64,000 bases of DNA from Eledone cirrhosa. Lineage: Eukaryota. Every line of letters begins with the position of its first letter. Position 1 is the stretch's first letter. Both the position numbers and the translations under genes were made by a program. Location: the NCBI GenBank assembly GCA_964016885.1, contig OZ024746.1, forward strand, positions 67,952,001-68,016,000, given 5' to 3'. This document shows, piece after piece, positions 26,081-38,552 of this stretch. The notes beneath the pieces are model-generated. The model did not search any database, was not told the origin of the DNA, and worked only from the letters and a program-made list of their open reading frames with translations.

Positions 26081-28155
26081 TTGTCTTCAATTGATCACCA
26101 ACTCCTTTACAGAGTATACTGGATACATCCTATCATCGCACATATACTACAGAGATCTAAAATGGTGCTAAACAGTAAAATAGTTGAATCACTACCTCCT
26201 TACAGACAACTGATGCTGCACACCAGGTCCAAACACAGAAGAGCCGAACTCCCACTGTCATCGCCTCCATCTCACTCGCCCTCCCCATCTCTCTGTATTA
26301 TGAACAAATGGGGTCCCACATGCTAGCAACCCCACAGCCCCGGCAGACAGAATGGAGAAGGTGTTTCCCAGGAGGATGGTAAGGGAGATGAGCTGGAAGA
26401 GCCATTCCATCTCGTGAGGCTTACACCTGTGGCTAGCCAGCTTAGCACCTATGGTGGTAAGTAGGGAAGTAGCCTTAGGGCCAAGGACACCAGAAGTCTC
26501 TACTGCTAGGGGTTCGACTGCAAACCTGTCAGAGAGTGACTGCTACTTAGAGAGTTTACCCTCCTCAGCCCGAAGTGCAATAGAACCTGGGTTAGTCACA
26601 GACTGCACCAGGTTGCCACTGGAGAATGTGTCACTTCAAGTGACATCCCAGATAGGGGCTTTACCACTGCAGAACAGGAAGATGGTCATACCGTCTGGCC
26701 TTTTGCTGTCCCCTTAGTCCAGCCCCACTGGCTCGAGCTGGGAGGGGAAGCCTCTAGCATCCAAGCCATGCTTTATGACCTAATTGAGGGCAGCATGGCG
26801 TGGAAGGCAGCCGGTACTGTAGCAACAGTAAAGCGGGTGGACGCCGAAAGTGTCTATGGTGGATCTCCAGTGACATTTGTGTGCCTCGCAGATCCGGAAG
26901 CCAAGCATAAGGGAAACCTTGATGCGCAGGCTATCATTGTCCAGCTGTGTGCCAGTGGAGAAGGAGGGTAAGGTATGGAGCCAGGCACTGCTGTGGGGTT
27001 GTGAGGTCGGGTGAAAACATGCAAGGTGGTGCTGGTTGAGCTGATGCACAAGCCTGTCTGAGGCCAGGTTGCACTGGATGGCATTGTTGTCTCCTGTAAG
27101 TTTAATGAGCCCTCTCTATTGTATATAGTTGCCCATTTTTCAAGTCAAATGTAACCTACCACATGAAAAAAAGGGGAGTAATGTGTGAGAAGCTGAACAT
27201 GGAGAGAGTATGAATATAAGTGTGAAAAAGAGTGATTGGATAGTGTAGGAGGAAAAAGAACAGTAGTAGCTTTATATTTGATAGTAGGATGTTGAGTAGA
27301 AAGAGCATGAGAAACATGATAGCATAGCAAATAAGGATGTCATGATTGGAGAGAGAGCTAGGGAGTGGTACATGTCAGCTAAGAAGTTCAAGGAGGAGAG
27401 AGAATGATTGTTAGATGGATAGAAATAAAAGATAGTTAAGATTGAATCAAAGAGTAAATAACTTGACTATAGGAGAGAAACTTTTCAGTTGGTGTTTATA
27501 AATAGAACTTAATCAAGTATTGATAATGTTGACATTAAAGTTCCATATTTGAAACCTAGTTTTATAATTGACATCAAACAGAGTAAATTTTGTAAGACAT
27601 AAACTGAGATTGTATAGATGTACATTCTTTATTTCTTATGTTGGTTTCAGTCACCAAATAGTAGACATTCTGTGTTTTAATCATCATATCGATTACATTA
27701 AATATCTCAGTCTTATATATATTTTATCAATTTCTATTTTTCATATCGCAAAGTTACAGGAAATATAAGTACTCAACATCAAACAACACAGGCACATATA
27801 CATATATTGCATCACACACACACACACACATGTAAATAACGGGCTTTTGCATAGTTTCTGTCAACCCATTTCCACTCTTAAGGTAACAACCTGAAGCTAT
27901 AGTACAAGACCCTTGTCCAAGGGGCTGTGCAGTGGAACCAAACACACAACCACATAGCTGTAAACTACCTAACTGTACCTATGAGTATATGTGTGTATGT
28001 CTGCAAGTTCAGGTGTGTCTATGTGATTAACAAATTCACTTTGCAACCATTTAGTTCAAGTTTCATTCCTACTTGAGGCATCTTAAACAAAAATCTTTTA
28101 CTTCAATTTGACCAATACTTTGCAAATGGAATTTAATACAGAATTTGTGTGTGCG

Positions 28156-28190
<35 letters not shown>

Positions 28191-28234
28191 TCGCTTCATC
28201 TTAAAATTTATGTTAATACGACAACCTATCACTT

Positions 28235-28325
28235 AAGGCAGACACTGCCCACAACAGGACAACCCGTCTAACCCATGCTAGCATGGAAGAACGGACGTAA
28301 AACGGTGATGATGATGATGATGATG
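28235..28325 (+). mobile_element. 3' tip of RTE subfamily A with (GAT)n tail
   Basis: Reverse complement of about 19886-19962. Confidence 0.85.
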
Positions 28326-29256
28326 TCTGTGTTTTTGTTTGGGTTTAAATTGTTATCACGACACTGGCAGTTTAAAAAAAGAAACTGGTGTTTTGCAAAG
28401 AGATAACTTAGCCAATTGATAAAATATAAAATGAATAAAATAAGTGCCAGAATGAAATGTGTGCAGATATGATTAGTAAAATCTTTTCAAGGTAGTGTCC
28501 TAGGATCAGGTTCAGATTAAGAAATTTATAAACTCTAAGCACTGAAAAGACTGAATTACCAGCAAGAATTCAAATGAAGGTCAGCTTTACATTTTCTCTT
28601 TCCAAGGTTAATAGAATAAATTACCAGGGAAATATTGGGAGCTGATTTATATTCTTGTAACACATCCTTGAAGTGAATGGAATCATAAAGGAAGAGAAAA
28701 TAAAAAATATGAAAATGAAGTACTGGAGTAGATGTAATATTAGATGAACTTTTCCCAGATTTCAAACTTAAATCTGTTGCAAACATTTCGTTGTTTTGGA
28801 GTAGTCTCAGTTTCCTTTGCTATTAGAAAGAGTTATCAGATCAAACAATGTTCTGTTAAATAGAAAATTTATTTCATCATAAAATATGTCATATGAAGAC
28901 ACCCAGGAGATAATATGTACGTTTGTTAAACAAAGTTATACCTTTCATGTCAAAACAGAAATGTAATTTGAAACGTCTTTTCTGATATTTTACCAAAGAT
29001 GGTTAATTTAAAAAGATAAATACTGAAATTTAATCAAAATAAGTCAGCTAATATAGGTAAGAGACATTTAAGTATAACATAGTAATAATTGTTTCTAATG
29101 TAGTAACAAGACAAAGAATTTAGAGAAAGGAGAAAGTTGATTAATTTAACTCCAGTATTTCACTGGTACTATATGATATTGATCCCGCATGAAAAGTAAA
29201 ACTAATGTAGACAAAAATATGGAGGGATGGTTTAATCAATAATAACAATAATAATG

Positions 29257-29600
29257 ATTTCTACTATAGGCACAGGGCCAGAAATTTGGGGGAGGGGAAA
29301 GTCGATTAAATTGACCCCAGTGCATTACTGGTGCTTTATTTTATCGACCTCGTGAGGATGAAAGGCAAAGCTAACCATGGCAGGATTTGAACTCAGACGG
29401 TAAAGGGCCATAACTCTATGCTGAAAAGCTAATTGTCCAACACTATCAATACTGCCAATTCTCTGCCCTAATAATAATAACAATAACAATTTGGTGGTGG
29501 CAAATTTGATTATGTTGACCCCAATACTTGACTAGAATATAATTTTATCAACTCCATAAGGATGAAAGGCAATGTTCATCTGGGTGGGATTTGATCTGGT
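29257..29600 (-). mobile_element. SINE family 1 copies (one intact, one decayed)
   Basis: tttctactataggcacagggcc...ggatgaaaggcaaagctaacc...ggatttgaactcaga...aatactgccaatt. Confidence 0.8.
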
Positions 29601-30109
29601 AGTAGAATGTGCTAGAATTAAATAACACAAGATATTTTGCTCTAACAAGTTTGTTCATCATTCTCAAACATATATGGCTTTATCCTTTTAGTTACCAACC
29701 CAGCCAAAACCGGCTCTGGTTCTCTGAAATAAAATCACCCATTTTAAAGGTTTCCAATTTAAATTAGAATCTTCCAACATAATTTTATATAAGAACCTTA
29801 CATTAAGTTACAATCTTAGTAAATAATTCATAATTTTATATATATATATAATAATTTCAGTAAATCCCTCAAAGTTAATTGATTACAATAGAGTGTATTT
29901 CTTTAGAAATGAAGCCATGAAAGAGTTATTATAAATCAAAGTTATATTCATGTTTCAGAAAATATGTAAACAAAAAAATACTGTTTTTTTCATGCACTCA
30001 CATTCTCTTCCACACACAGAATCACATTTACAGCCTGCAGCCAATACTCCAAAAGGAGTGTTAGAATTGAAAGATAAATATGATATATATATTTTTTTAT
30101 TTTTTTTAT

Positions 30110-30325
30110 TCCTAACGATCGACTTTCGTAAAATCGGACCGAGGAAACAGTGTTTCCATTGGTCTTTCCAATTGCTAATACTATCTATCGGTCGCAACTC
30201 CAGGTAGAAGGAGCAAAAAATAAAGTCTCTTGCTCAAGGACATAACGCATCGCCCGGTCCAGGAATCGAACTCACAACCTCACGATTGCGAATCCAGTTC
30301 TCTAACCACTCAGCCACAGGCCTAT
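30110..30325 (-). mobile_element. SINE family 2 copy
   Basis: Reverse complement of the 23462 copy. Confidence 0.85.
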
Positions 30326-30422
30326 ATATATATATATAAAAGATAAACAGAAATAACAACACAATCGGTATAGTATATGGAAGGGATATATTAGGTCAAC
30401 ACTTGATATAGCAGGAATAAGG

Positions 30423-30458
30423 TCTTAACATTTCAGACGCTAGTCCTTCATCAGAAGA
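30423..30458 (-). ncRNA. Minimal Penelope-type hammerhead ribozyme motif (slightly decayed)
   Basis: Minus strand reads TCTT CTGATGA A GGAC tagc GTCT GAAA tGT T AAGA. Stem I is TCTT/AAGA and stem III is minimal. Confidence 0.65.
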
Positions 30459-30628
30459 AAGAATGAGAAATAAGATAGATTGAGGGGATGGGTGGGCTGG
30501 AATTGGGAGTTTTCCGAATATTAATAATGATATTCAATTCATTTGCAATTGTGCAAACAAGCCTCATTTTTAAAGCCATGTCAGTAGGATGAGCCCCTTA
30601 TTCTTGCTCTTGAGTTGGCATGTAAACA

Positions 30629-30678
30629 GAACTGTAGACACTAATATTTCTAGATATTACCCTTCATCAGTACAGTTC
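30629..30678 (-). ncRNA. Type-I hammerhead ribozyme motif with long stem I
   Basis: Minus strand reads GAACTGTA CTGATGA AGGGT aat ATCTA GAAA TATTAGT GTC TACAGTTC. Perfect 8-bp stem I, GUC triplet and near-palindromic stem III. Flanking inverted repeat 30591-30623/30694-30725 extends stem I. Confidence 0.75.
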
Positions 30679-30890
30679 ACAGTACAGTGAATAACATGCC
30701 AACACAAGAGCAAGAATGAGGGCTTATTATTAATATTTGAAAAACTCAGATTACATTTATTGTATTCAGCCATGTAGAGCAAAAATGTTATATATATATA
30801 TATATATATATAACGAAGGAAGTGTGGTAAGGAACCAGGTGGACCATAATGCACCAAAGTACTCAATACTTAGGGTAGTAGAGTGGGTAA

Positions 30891-30972
30891 TAGGAACCAG
30901 TAACATCCTGACGGCTGAGCTCAAGCCGTCGAAATGGCTTGAGCTCAGCCGTCGGGGTCTTACTGGTTCCTA
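30891..30972. repeat. 82-bp fold-back built from the 3' half of a hammerhead-bearing repeat family
   Basis: taggaaccagtaa...acggctgagctcaagcc gtcgaaat ggcttgagctcagccgtc...ttactggttccta. Homologous to 33685-33820 (+) and 47828-47895 (-). Confidence 0.8.
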
Positions 30973-30989
30973 TATATATATATATATAT

Positions 30990-31262
30990 ATCATCATCAT
31001 CACCGTTTTGCGTCCATTCTTCCACGCTAGCATGGGTTAGACAGGTTGTCCTGTTGTGGGCAATGCCAAGTCTGGTGACCATGTATTGCTCATGCAGCAA
31101 CTGATTTTGGCTATATTTCTACAGCTGGATGCTCTTCCTAACACCAACCTCATTTACAGTGAGTGCTGGATGCTTTTTTTACCATGGCACCTACACGACC
31201 ACTTTACAGTGTGGACTGGGTGCTTTTTTGTCATGAGACCTCCACGACCACTTTGCAGTGGG
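30990..31262 (-). mobile_element. RTE subfamily A 3' UTR fragment
   Basis: Matches 19886-20155 and has a (CAT)n tail. Confidence 0.85.
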
Positions 31263-31296
<34 letters not shown>

Positions 31297-32188
31297 GACT
31301 TTGTCTAGTTTGTGTATATGTAAATCTTTATATATATATATATATATATATATGACTAATGGCAAAAGATTGAAATTCTATGACTATTAGAAGTCTCAAC
31401 CCCCAATCAGTTAGAAGAAACAGCAAACTTGGTGTAGCATCAGAGTAAAACATAGCCTCAAATATAGGAATATAATATAACATCTATGAATACTATATCT
31501 CCTGAATTCTCCTTTTCTCTCTTGTTTGAACATGCAGTATGTGTATGTTATTCTGTGTAGAGATATGTTTATTTTTGAATTACGTAAGATAATTTTAGAC
31601 AGTGTAGTATAATTTTAAATATTACAAGATAATTTGTGAAAACAGAAATATTTTATGTGGCTTCAGTTAACATTCAGTTTATTATGTAAGGTTGCAGTTT
31701 GTGAAGTAAGGAACCTCTTTTCAGGAGTGAAATATTGATACAGTACATGTCATTCAGTATTACGATAACTCTTCCATGCCACTAGATATAGATTTATCTC
31801 TATTAACAAATGTTGTCTCTATATAGAGCTACTCTAAATGTTAGCTTCTCCAGTTATTGCTTAGGGATGAACTGGTAGAGTAAACATATTTTCTTGGCCC
31901 TTGTAAATAAAAAAGATCATCATATATTGACAACACTTGTGACTCAAGTAAAGCATCAGCCATGTAGAGGGAGAACTGCTTAGCCTAGAGACAGGCATAG
32001 AAACACTACTACTTCTCCTTTTTTCTTGCTCTTATTTCAGAGAGGGTCGTAAGGGCAGAACAAGGCATTGATCAGCTAAACACTATATTAGAAGATATTT
32101 GCTGAAGGTATCATGCAGTCGGATAGAAATAAAGAACGTGGTTACAAAGCAAACATCTTAAGTCCACACTCATGTCTGTATATATATT

Positions 32189-32240
<52 letters not shown>

Positions 32241-32280
32241 CATACATACATATATACATATATATATACATACATATATG

Positions 32281-32884
32281 GTGGCTGCCAACTCGTTTTC
32301 GAGTATGGCCACTACTTTATATCCATGTAGGAGAACCCCTACCGATGCGCTGAACGAGTGTGACTTTTTAGTCTAGCCAGCTACTTGAAAACTCTGGTAC
32401 AAACACTACACTTGTGACAATGATTGAGACATAGTGCTGGGCCCATGGTACCATGTGATGACAAGTGCAGAGAGATCTCCAGATATAAAGCAATGCCTGT
32501 GCCGTGAAGCTTTTATAGTGAGCAAAGGCACTGCACAAAGCCAGTCCCAATCTCTTAACCAAGATGATATTTACCAAAAAGAAGAACAAGTCAACATCAT
32601 TGGATACCATCAGGGTTGCAGGTGTTATATCAGAGTTTTCCTTCTCCTAGAATTCTGCCTTGACAAAGCCTAAGGGGTCATCTCTCCCAGTGATTTTAGA
32701 TGGCCATTGACTCTTAAGAGCTCCTTTGCCCTTTGACAGGTTTTGTTTTTAGTCCTGCAGGATGTCCAAAGTCACCCTCCTCACCAAGAAACCTTGGTGG
32801 GGTTGCCAGTTTAGTCGCCAACGAACCAACCATGGGACAAGTTGTACTGGGATACATGTTACCAGTAACACCAACTGGTGACCT

Positions 32885-32888
<4 letters not shown>
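32281..32888 (-). mobile_element. Non-coding element resembling an RTE/BovB-type 5' UTR (non-autonomous derivative), inserted in (TA)n
   Basis: Minus-strand motifs ggcgactaaactggcaaccccacc and ctttgtcaaggcag...ctaggagaaggaaaactctga recall RTE 5' UTRs (from memory). Flanked by TA repeats on both sides. Confidence 0.5.
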
Positions 32889-32960
<72 letters not shown>

Positions 32961-32976
32961 CATACATACATATATA

Positions 32977-33372
32977 CAGGGTGGGGCATAATTCCTGTTA
33001 CAAAGTTTTAAATCAATTTAAAAATACATTATGTTGCTATTATAACTAATATATTTGTATCAAATCCATGCACTATAACCATAATAACTATTTTTCAGAA
33101 CATTACTCCATTAACAATTTGCAATGTCCATAGAATTGAAAAGAAAGTTCATTATAGAGAAGCATGAAAAAGGCCTGACTCCACCCGAGATATTTAAACT
33201 GGGGAAAATTCATAAGATCAATAGAATGTTGATCAAAAGGACAATCAATCGATTTAAGGAAACTTCCTCGACCAAAGACAGACCTCAATCCGGACGCCCA
33301 CGCACCTCAAGAACACCGAAACTCATTAAAAGTGTGAGGGAAAAAATAAGGCGTAATCCAAGAAGGTCCATG
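32977..33372 (+). mobile_element. 5' part of a Tc1/mariner (maT/DD37D-like) DNA transposon with N-terminal HTH of the transposase
   Basis: Start TA|CAGGGTG. ORF from 33124 reads MSIELKRKFIIEKHEKG...RTINRFKETSSTKDRPQSGRPRTSRTPKLIKSVREKIRRNPRRSM and is cut by (TA)n. No catalytic domain or right TIR. Confidence 0.85.
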
Positions 33373-33449
33373 ATATATATATATATATAAATATACATAC
33401 ATATATATATATACACATATATATATACATACATATATATATATATACA

Positions 33450-33825
33450 TACATTTACCCCTCATTGTTCTACCTACCGTTTCGACTTCCGCCCCCTCCC
33501 CCTCCCCAGTATCTTCTTTGACCTCATGCCCAGCTGTAGCCGGCACTACCAACGCATGATCGGGTCTACTCCACCCCCTCCCCTTTTTCTCCTACTGGCA
33601 GGTTTAGCCACCATCTCCCCTACTAATTTGCCATCACAGAATTACTACTAACTTTTGACAATCACTTTGACCATATATGGAATTACCCCTTGAGAAGCTC
33701 AGCTATTTAAATACCAGGATAAATTTTCATTTAGTCCAGAATTAGCCGTCGAAACGGCTTGGATTCTAAAAAGAAGAAAGGGGTCTTACTGGTTCCTATT
33801 ACCCACTCTACTACCCTAATTATTA
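33450..33825 (+). mobile_element. Penelope-like pLTR remnant with decayed U3-A8 hammerhead
   Basis: Pyrimidine-rich run, then ACCCC TTGAGAA G...TAGCCGTC GAAAC GGCTT...GGGGT cttactggttcctattaccc. Shares its 3' part with 30870-30972. Confidence 0.55.
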
Positions 33826-33829
33826 AGAG

Positions 33830-36572
33830 TGGTTGTCTTGCTCGCATAGGACTGTCTGGCGGGTTTTCTACAGTTGGATGCCCTTCCTAACACCAACCAC
33901 ATTTACAGTGTGGGGCTGGAAGGTTTTTACCGTGTTGCCTACACGGCCACATTACAGCGTGGACTGTCTGGCGGGTTTTCTACAGCTGGATGCCCTTCCT
34001 AACACCAACCACATTTACAGTGTGGGGCTTTGAGGTTTTTACCGTGTTGCCTACACGGCCACATTTACAGCATGGACTGTGTGTTTTTCGTCGTGACACC
34101 TACACGATCTCATTTGTTTCGGCCTGGATGTTGTGGGACCAACATAACTGTACATTGAAAGGGGCGGTGTGGATGGGGTGGAGGTGGTGGGACGGGGGGG
34201 TGTTTTGATAGAGATGCCTACTGACTGTAGTAGGTTTTTACTTTGTATTTAGGTAAGGCGGGTCTTCTCTATTACTGAGTACCGCCAAAGGTCTCGGTCC
34301 AGTGACATTGTCTTGGAGAGGTGTAAGCGTGTGAGGTCGGAATTTATCAGCTCGTCCCATGTTTTTCTGGGTCTGCCTACTCCGTGGCTACCGTCTATCT
34401 TTATTGCCCTGCACTTTGTTATACAGCTGTCGTCTTTCATGCGCATCACGTGACCGTACCAACGTAGCCTTCTCTCGAGTAAACAACATCTGATCCCTCT
34501 TATTTCTAATTTTTTCCTTAGTTCGTTTATGCTTTGCTGTTCACGTATATTACTATTGCACATCTAGCGGAGCATGCAAGCTTCGTTCCTCTCTAGTCTG
34601 CGTATATCCTCTGCACACAATGCCCAGGTCTCACTGCCATGCAGCATTGCTGTTCGTATGCAGGCATCGTATAACCTGCCTTTCATTTTTAGGGAGAACC
34701 CTCTAGCGGCTAATAGTGGTATAAGCTCTCTGAACTTTTTCCATCCAGTTCTGACTCTAGCTACTGTACTTTCAGAGCACCCTCCCCCACTGCTGATTTT
34801 GTCACCCAGGTAACGGAAGCTGTCCACTATTTCTATAGAACCCTCTGCGCAGTTGAAGGAGCTAGTATTTTGTGGGCACTTGCTGCTACTTATTGCACCA
34901 GAGCACCGGCCACATGTAAAATCTATGTTCTTAGTTAGCTTACCTGTGATCCCACTACATCTTTTATGCACCCATACTTTGCATTTGGGACATAAAATGG
35001 AGTTTCTACCTACGCCTTTCCTACACACTGAGCATGGCCATTTCCCAGATGGGACTGCCGCCATATTTTCTTTCCTACAAACTAGAACTTTAGTCTTAGC
35101 CAGGTTAATTTTAAGGCCTTTTGATTCTAGGCCGTGCTTCCATGTTTGGAATTTCTTCTCTAGTTCGGTCATTGATTCAGCTATGAGCGTTAGATCATCT
35201 GCGTATAGGAGTTCCCATGGGCAGCCGGTCTTGAACTCCTCTGTTATAGCCTGAAGGGCAATAATAAATAGTAGGGGGCTAAGAACAGAGCCCTGATGGA
35301 CACCAACTTTTACGCTAAACTCTTCACTATATTCGTTGTTAATTCTAACCTTACTGACTGTTTCTTTATACATGGCTTGTATAGCTCTCACAAGCCATTC
35401 GTCAACACCTAGTTTTCTAAGAGACCACCAGATAATGGAACGGGGGACTCTGTCGAAGGCTTTCTCCAAGTCGACGAAAGCTAAGTATAGGGGTTTACTT
35501 TTAGCTAGGTACTTCTCCTGTAGTTGTCGTACAATGAAAAGAGCGTCTGTGGTACTTTTGCCTGACACAAATCCGAACTGCATTTCATCTAGATCAATTC
35601 TCTCTCTGATTAGTTGCGCTATTACTTTTTCCGTGACCTTCATGACTTGATCGATTAATTTAATGCCTCTATAGTTACTCCTATCTAGGGCATCTCCTTT
35701 TCCCTTATAGCAGTTAACGATGATGCTGCTACGCCAGTCCTTCGGAACAACCCCATTCTGTACGACTTGGTTAACTATCCGGGTGACTATGGTGTGTCCC
35801 ACCAAACCAGATGCCTTCAGCATCTCATCAACTATTTCCGAAGGACCAGCCGCCTTACCCGTCTTCATATCTTTGATTGCCTTGCTTATTGTACTACCCT
35901 GGACTAACACTGCTGGTCCCTCTATTGGGTCGATGTGGGGGAGACTGTCTTTCTCCCATTTGTTCTCCTCATTTAGAAGCCTTTCGTAGTGACACTTCCA
36001 AGCTACCTTCTTGTCAGCGTCGGTGATAGCAAGTATGCCATCATCGTTAAGCACACACTTCTCCCCGACAATATCACGGTTTTCCTTGACACATTGCCTG
36101 GCAATCCTGAACACCCACGTTTTTGGTCCTCACGTTGTAGAACATGCTTGAACTTTCTTTCCTCTGCTTCCCTTCTTGCGAAGTACACTTGTCTCCTAGC
36201 TTCCCTCCTGGCCACCTGATAGTCTTCTCTACTTCCCCCATCCCGCCATGCTTTCCAAGCCTGCTTTTTGGCCTTAATTGACTCCTCCACCTTACTGTTC
36301 CACCACCATGTTACTCTCCTCCTACCTACAGGCCTGCTCCAGCCACAGACTTCATCTGCCGCCGTCAGCAGGTTTGCTCTCAGGAATTCCCACTGTTCCT
36401 CTATATTATACGACTCTAATTGCTCTTCCTTACTGTCGAAAGCGTCAAGTAATATGCTTTGAAATTTATTTCTGGCTATGGGGTCCTTTAGCTTCCATAT
36501 TTTTCTCCTGAGGATAGTCCTCTTCCGCTGTCTAGTACGTCTCGTCCTGACTATGAGGTCGCTAATTATCAG
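33830..36572 (-). mobile_element. RTE-clade LINE, subfamily B, ~2.7 kb, young, 5'-truncated
   Basis: 516-aa RT ORF (34564-36114) with intact YADD, FVDLEKAFD, QGSVLSP and FRYLG, plus a full PHD-like insert. It continues in frame after one TGG>TAG to KTRLT* (34249). One frameshift near 36115. The 3' UTR has a ~112-bp duplication and lacks the (GAT)n tail. Confidence 0.96.
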
Positions 36573-36859
36573 TCTATATATATATATATATATATGTATA
36601 CATATATATATATACAAACATATATATATATATACATATATACATATCTGATGGAGGAGAATTTTGCAATAATAATATTTGAATAAATGACTATGGGGAT
36701 TCCAATAAATTAGCATAATATTCCTGGATATTTAACATAACATTCTTAATATAAACAGAAAAATGTTGATAATTCAGTTGGATTCCTCTAGTCTTTGTTG
36801 TAATAATATATCAAATTCCTCAGCAATCTAACAAGAGTGTTTAAGAGAAATTATTGAGA

Positions 36860-37100
36860 AGACTACAAACCATGAAACTCAACTGTCAACTATTAAAAGG
36901 CAGAAAAATGAAGTGGTTTGGTCGTGTAACATAACACCATGATTCTATATTTCTAGTGAATATTGTCACGCATGAACAAACCCGGAGTAAATGAAAGCCA
37001 TGGAAAGGATGTTTGAACAACATCAATAAATGGACAGGGAGGGAGATGGCTGATGATTTGGAAAGTTTGAGAGAGAGAAGGTTGCATTTCTTGCTTTGTG
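36860..37100 (+). mobile_element. Old RTE/BovB-like 3' fragment
   Basis: Pieces ETQLSTIKR, KMKWFGRVT and NNINKWTG. Confidence 0.5.
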
Positions 37101-37762
37101 CTTCTGGTCTCCCTTTATAGATTTTGATTTATTGATTCTGTATATAAGTATCACTGATTCTGAGAGTAAAACTAAGAAGATGAAACAAAAAAAAAAAAAA
37201 CTGTAGAAGGAAGAACAGAACTAAGTGTAATGTAAACAGAAGAAAAAAAAAAGAAATTAAGAAAGAAGAACAGGACAGGACAATTGGAAACAAAATAAAG
37301 TATGGCATTACATGTGTAAGTTAAATCTTTTATGTAATTTTCTTTTTCACAATCAAAGAAAATACATCACTTTTAACTATTGAAACAATATCTGAAAAAT
37401 AAGACTATATTTTCTTATGTTAAATACATTTGGTCAACTTAGTAAGAATTGAATGGCAGGCTTATTAAATATATAGAATATTTGGTTGTTGTAAGCTGAG
37501 AAAATAAAATCAGTAATAAAACTGATAGATTTCTTTGTAGAAATTTCCAAAATGAAACCTCATAAATGTACTAAAAATATTTTTAGAGTAGATTCTCTAG
37601 TTATGCTACTTTAGAATGAAATGTTAATGACTTAACCCAAGAGCCCACTGAGTATTCTGGTCCTGGTAATGTTTGACTATATCCTGCATTCTACATCCAG
37701 AATTTGGTTCTGGTCAACACCTTATTTACTTCTATTATTTACACCACAAGGTGTAAATATGA

Positions 37763-38172
37763 TGGCGGTGGATTGGCAGTACATTAGAGGGTCGGACGCC
37801 ATGCTTTCCAGCATAGTTATGTCCCTTTACGGTCTGGGTTCAAATCCCGTCGAGGTTAACTTTGCCTTTCATCCTTACGGGGTCAATAAAATAAAGTACC
37901 AGTAATGCACTGGATAATTGCTGGCCTTGTGACAAATGTAGAGACAATTATTTACACCACAAGGCAGTATCAGTAGAGTGTCGGACAACATGCTTTGCAG
38001 CATATTGTTATGGTTCTTTAAGTTCTGAGTTCAAATCCTGCCGAGGTTAGTTCTGCCTTTCATCCTTATGGGGTTAATAAAATAAAGTACCAGTAACACA
38101 CTGGGGTTGATTTAACTGACTTTCCCCTTCCCCAAAATTATGGGCCTTGTGCCTAAATCAGAAACCATTATT
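37763..38172 (+). mobile_element. Two adjacent/nested SINE family 1 copies
   Basis: A/B boxes and central domain present. Direct repeat ttatttacaccacaagg flanks the first copy. Confidence 0.88.
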
Positions 38173-38552
38173 AACACCACTTCCTCCATGAATCAGCAAG
38201 CATTTTACATAGTTTCTTTAAGCCTGAGTCCTTCAGAAAAACATTGCAGAGATTTTTGTCATGTTCATATATTTATCATCATTTCTGATATCAGATTTAA
38301 TTGAAAAATGTCATTTTTGCCAATGATTTTTGTGCAGATGCATGGAGTTGAGCACTATATATATATAACAAGAGATCAAGGTATAAAGGGTTAACTAAGA
38401 AAAGGAGCAAGTAAATATATTTACCTTACCCCTTTTGTGACCAATTTCTAATGAAATACACTTCTTATGTTTCCATTAATTTTTTTTAAATAATTCAAAC
38501 TTTGAAAGGATTCAGTTAAATAATTAGCTTTTTATTAATTAGGTGGTGGATT

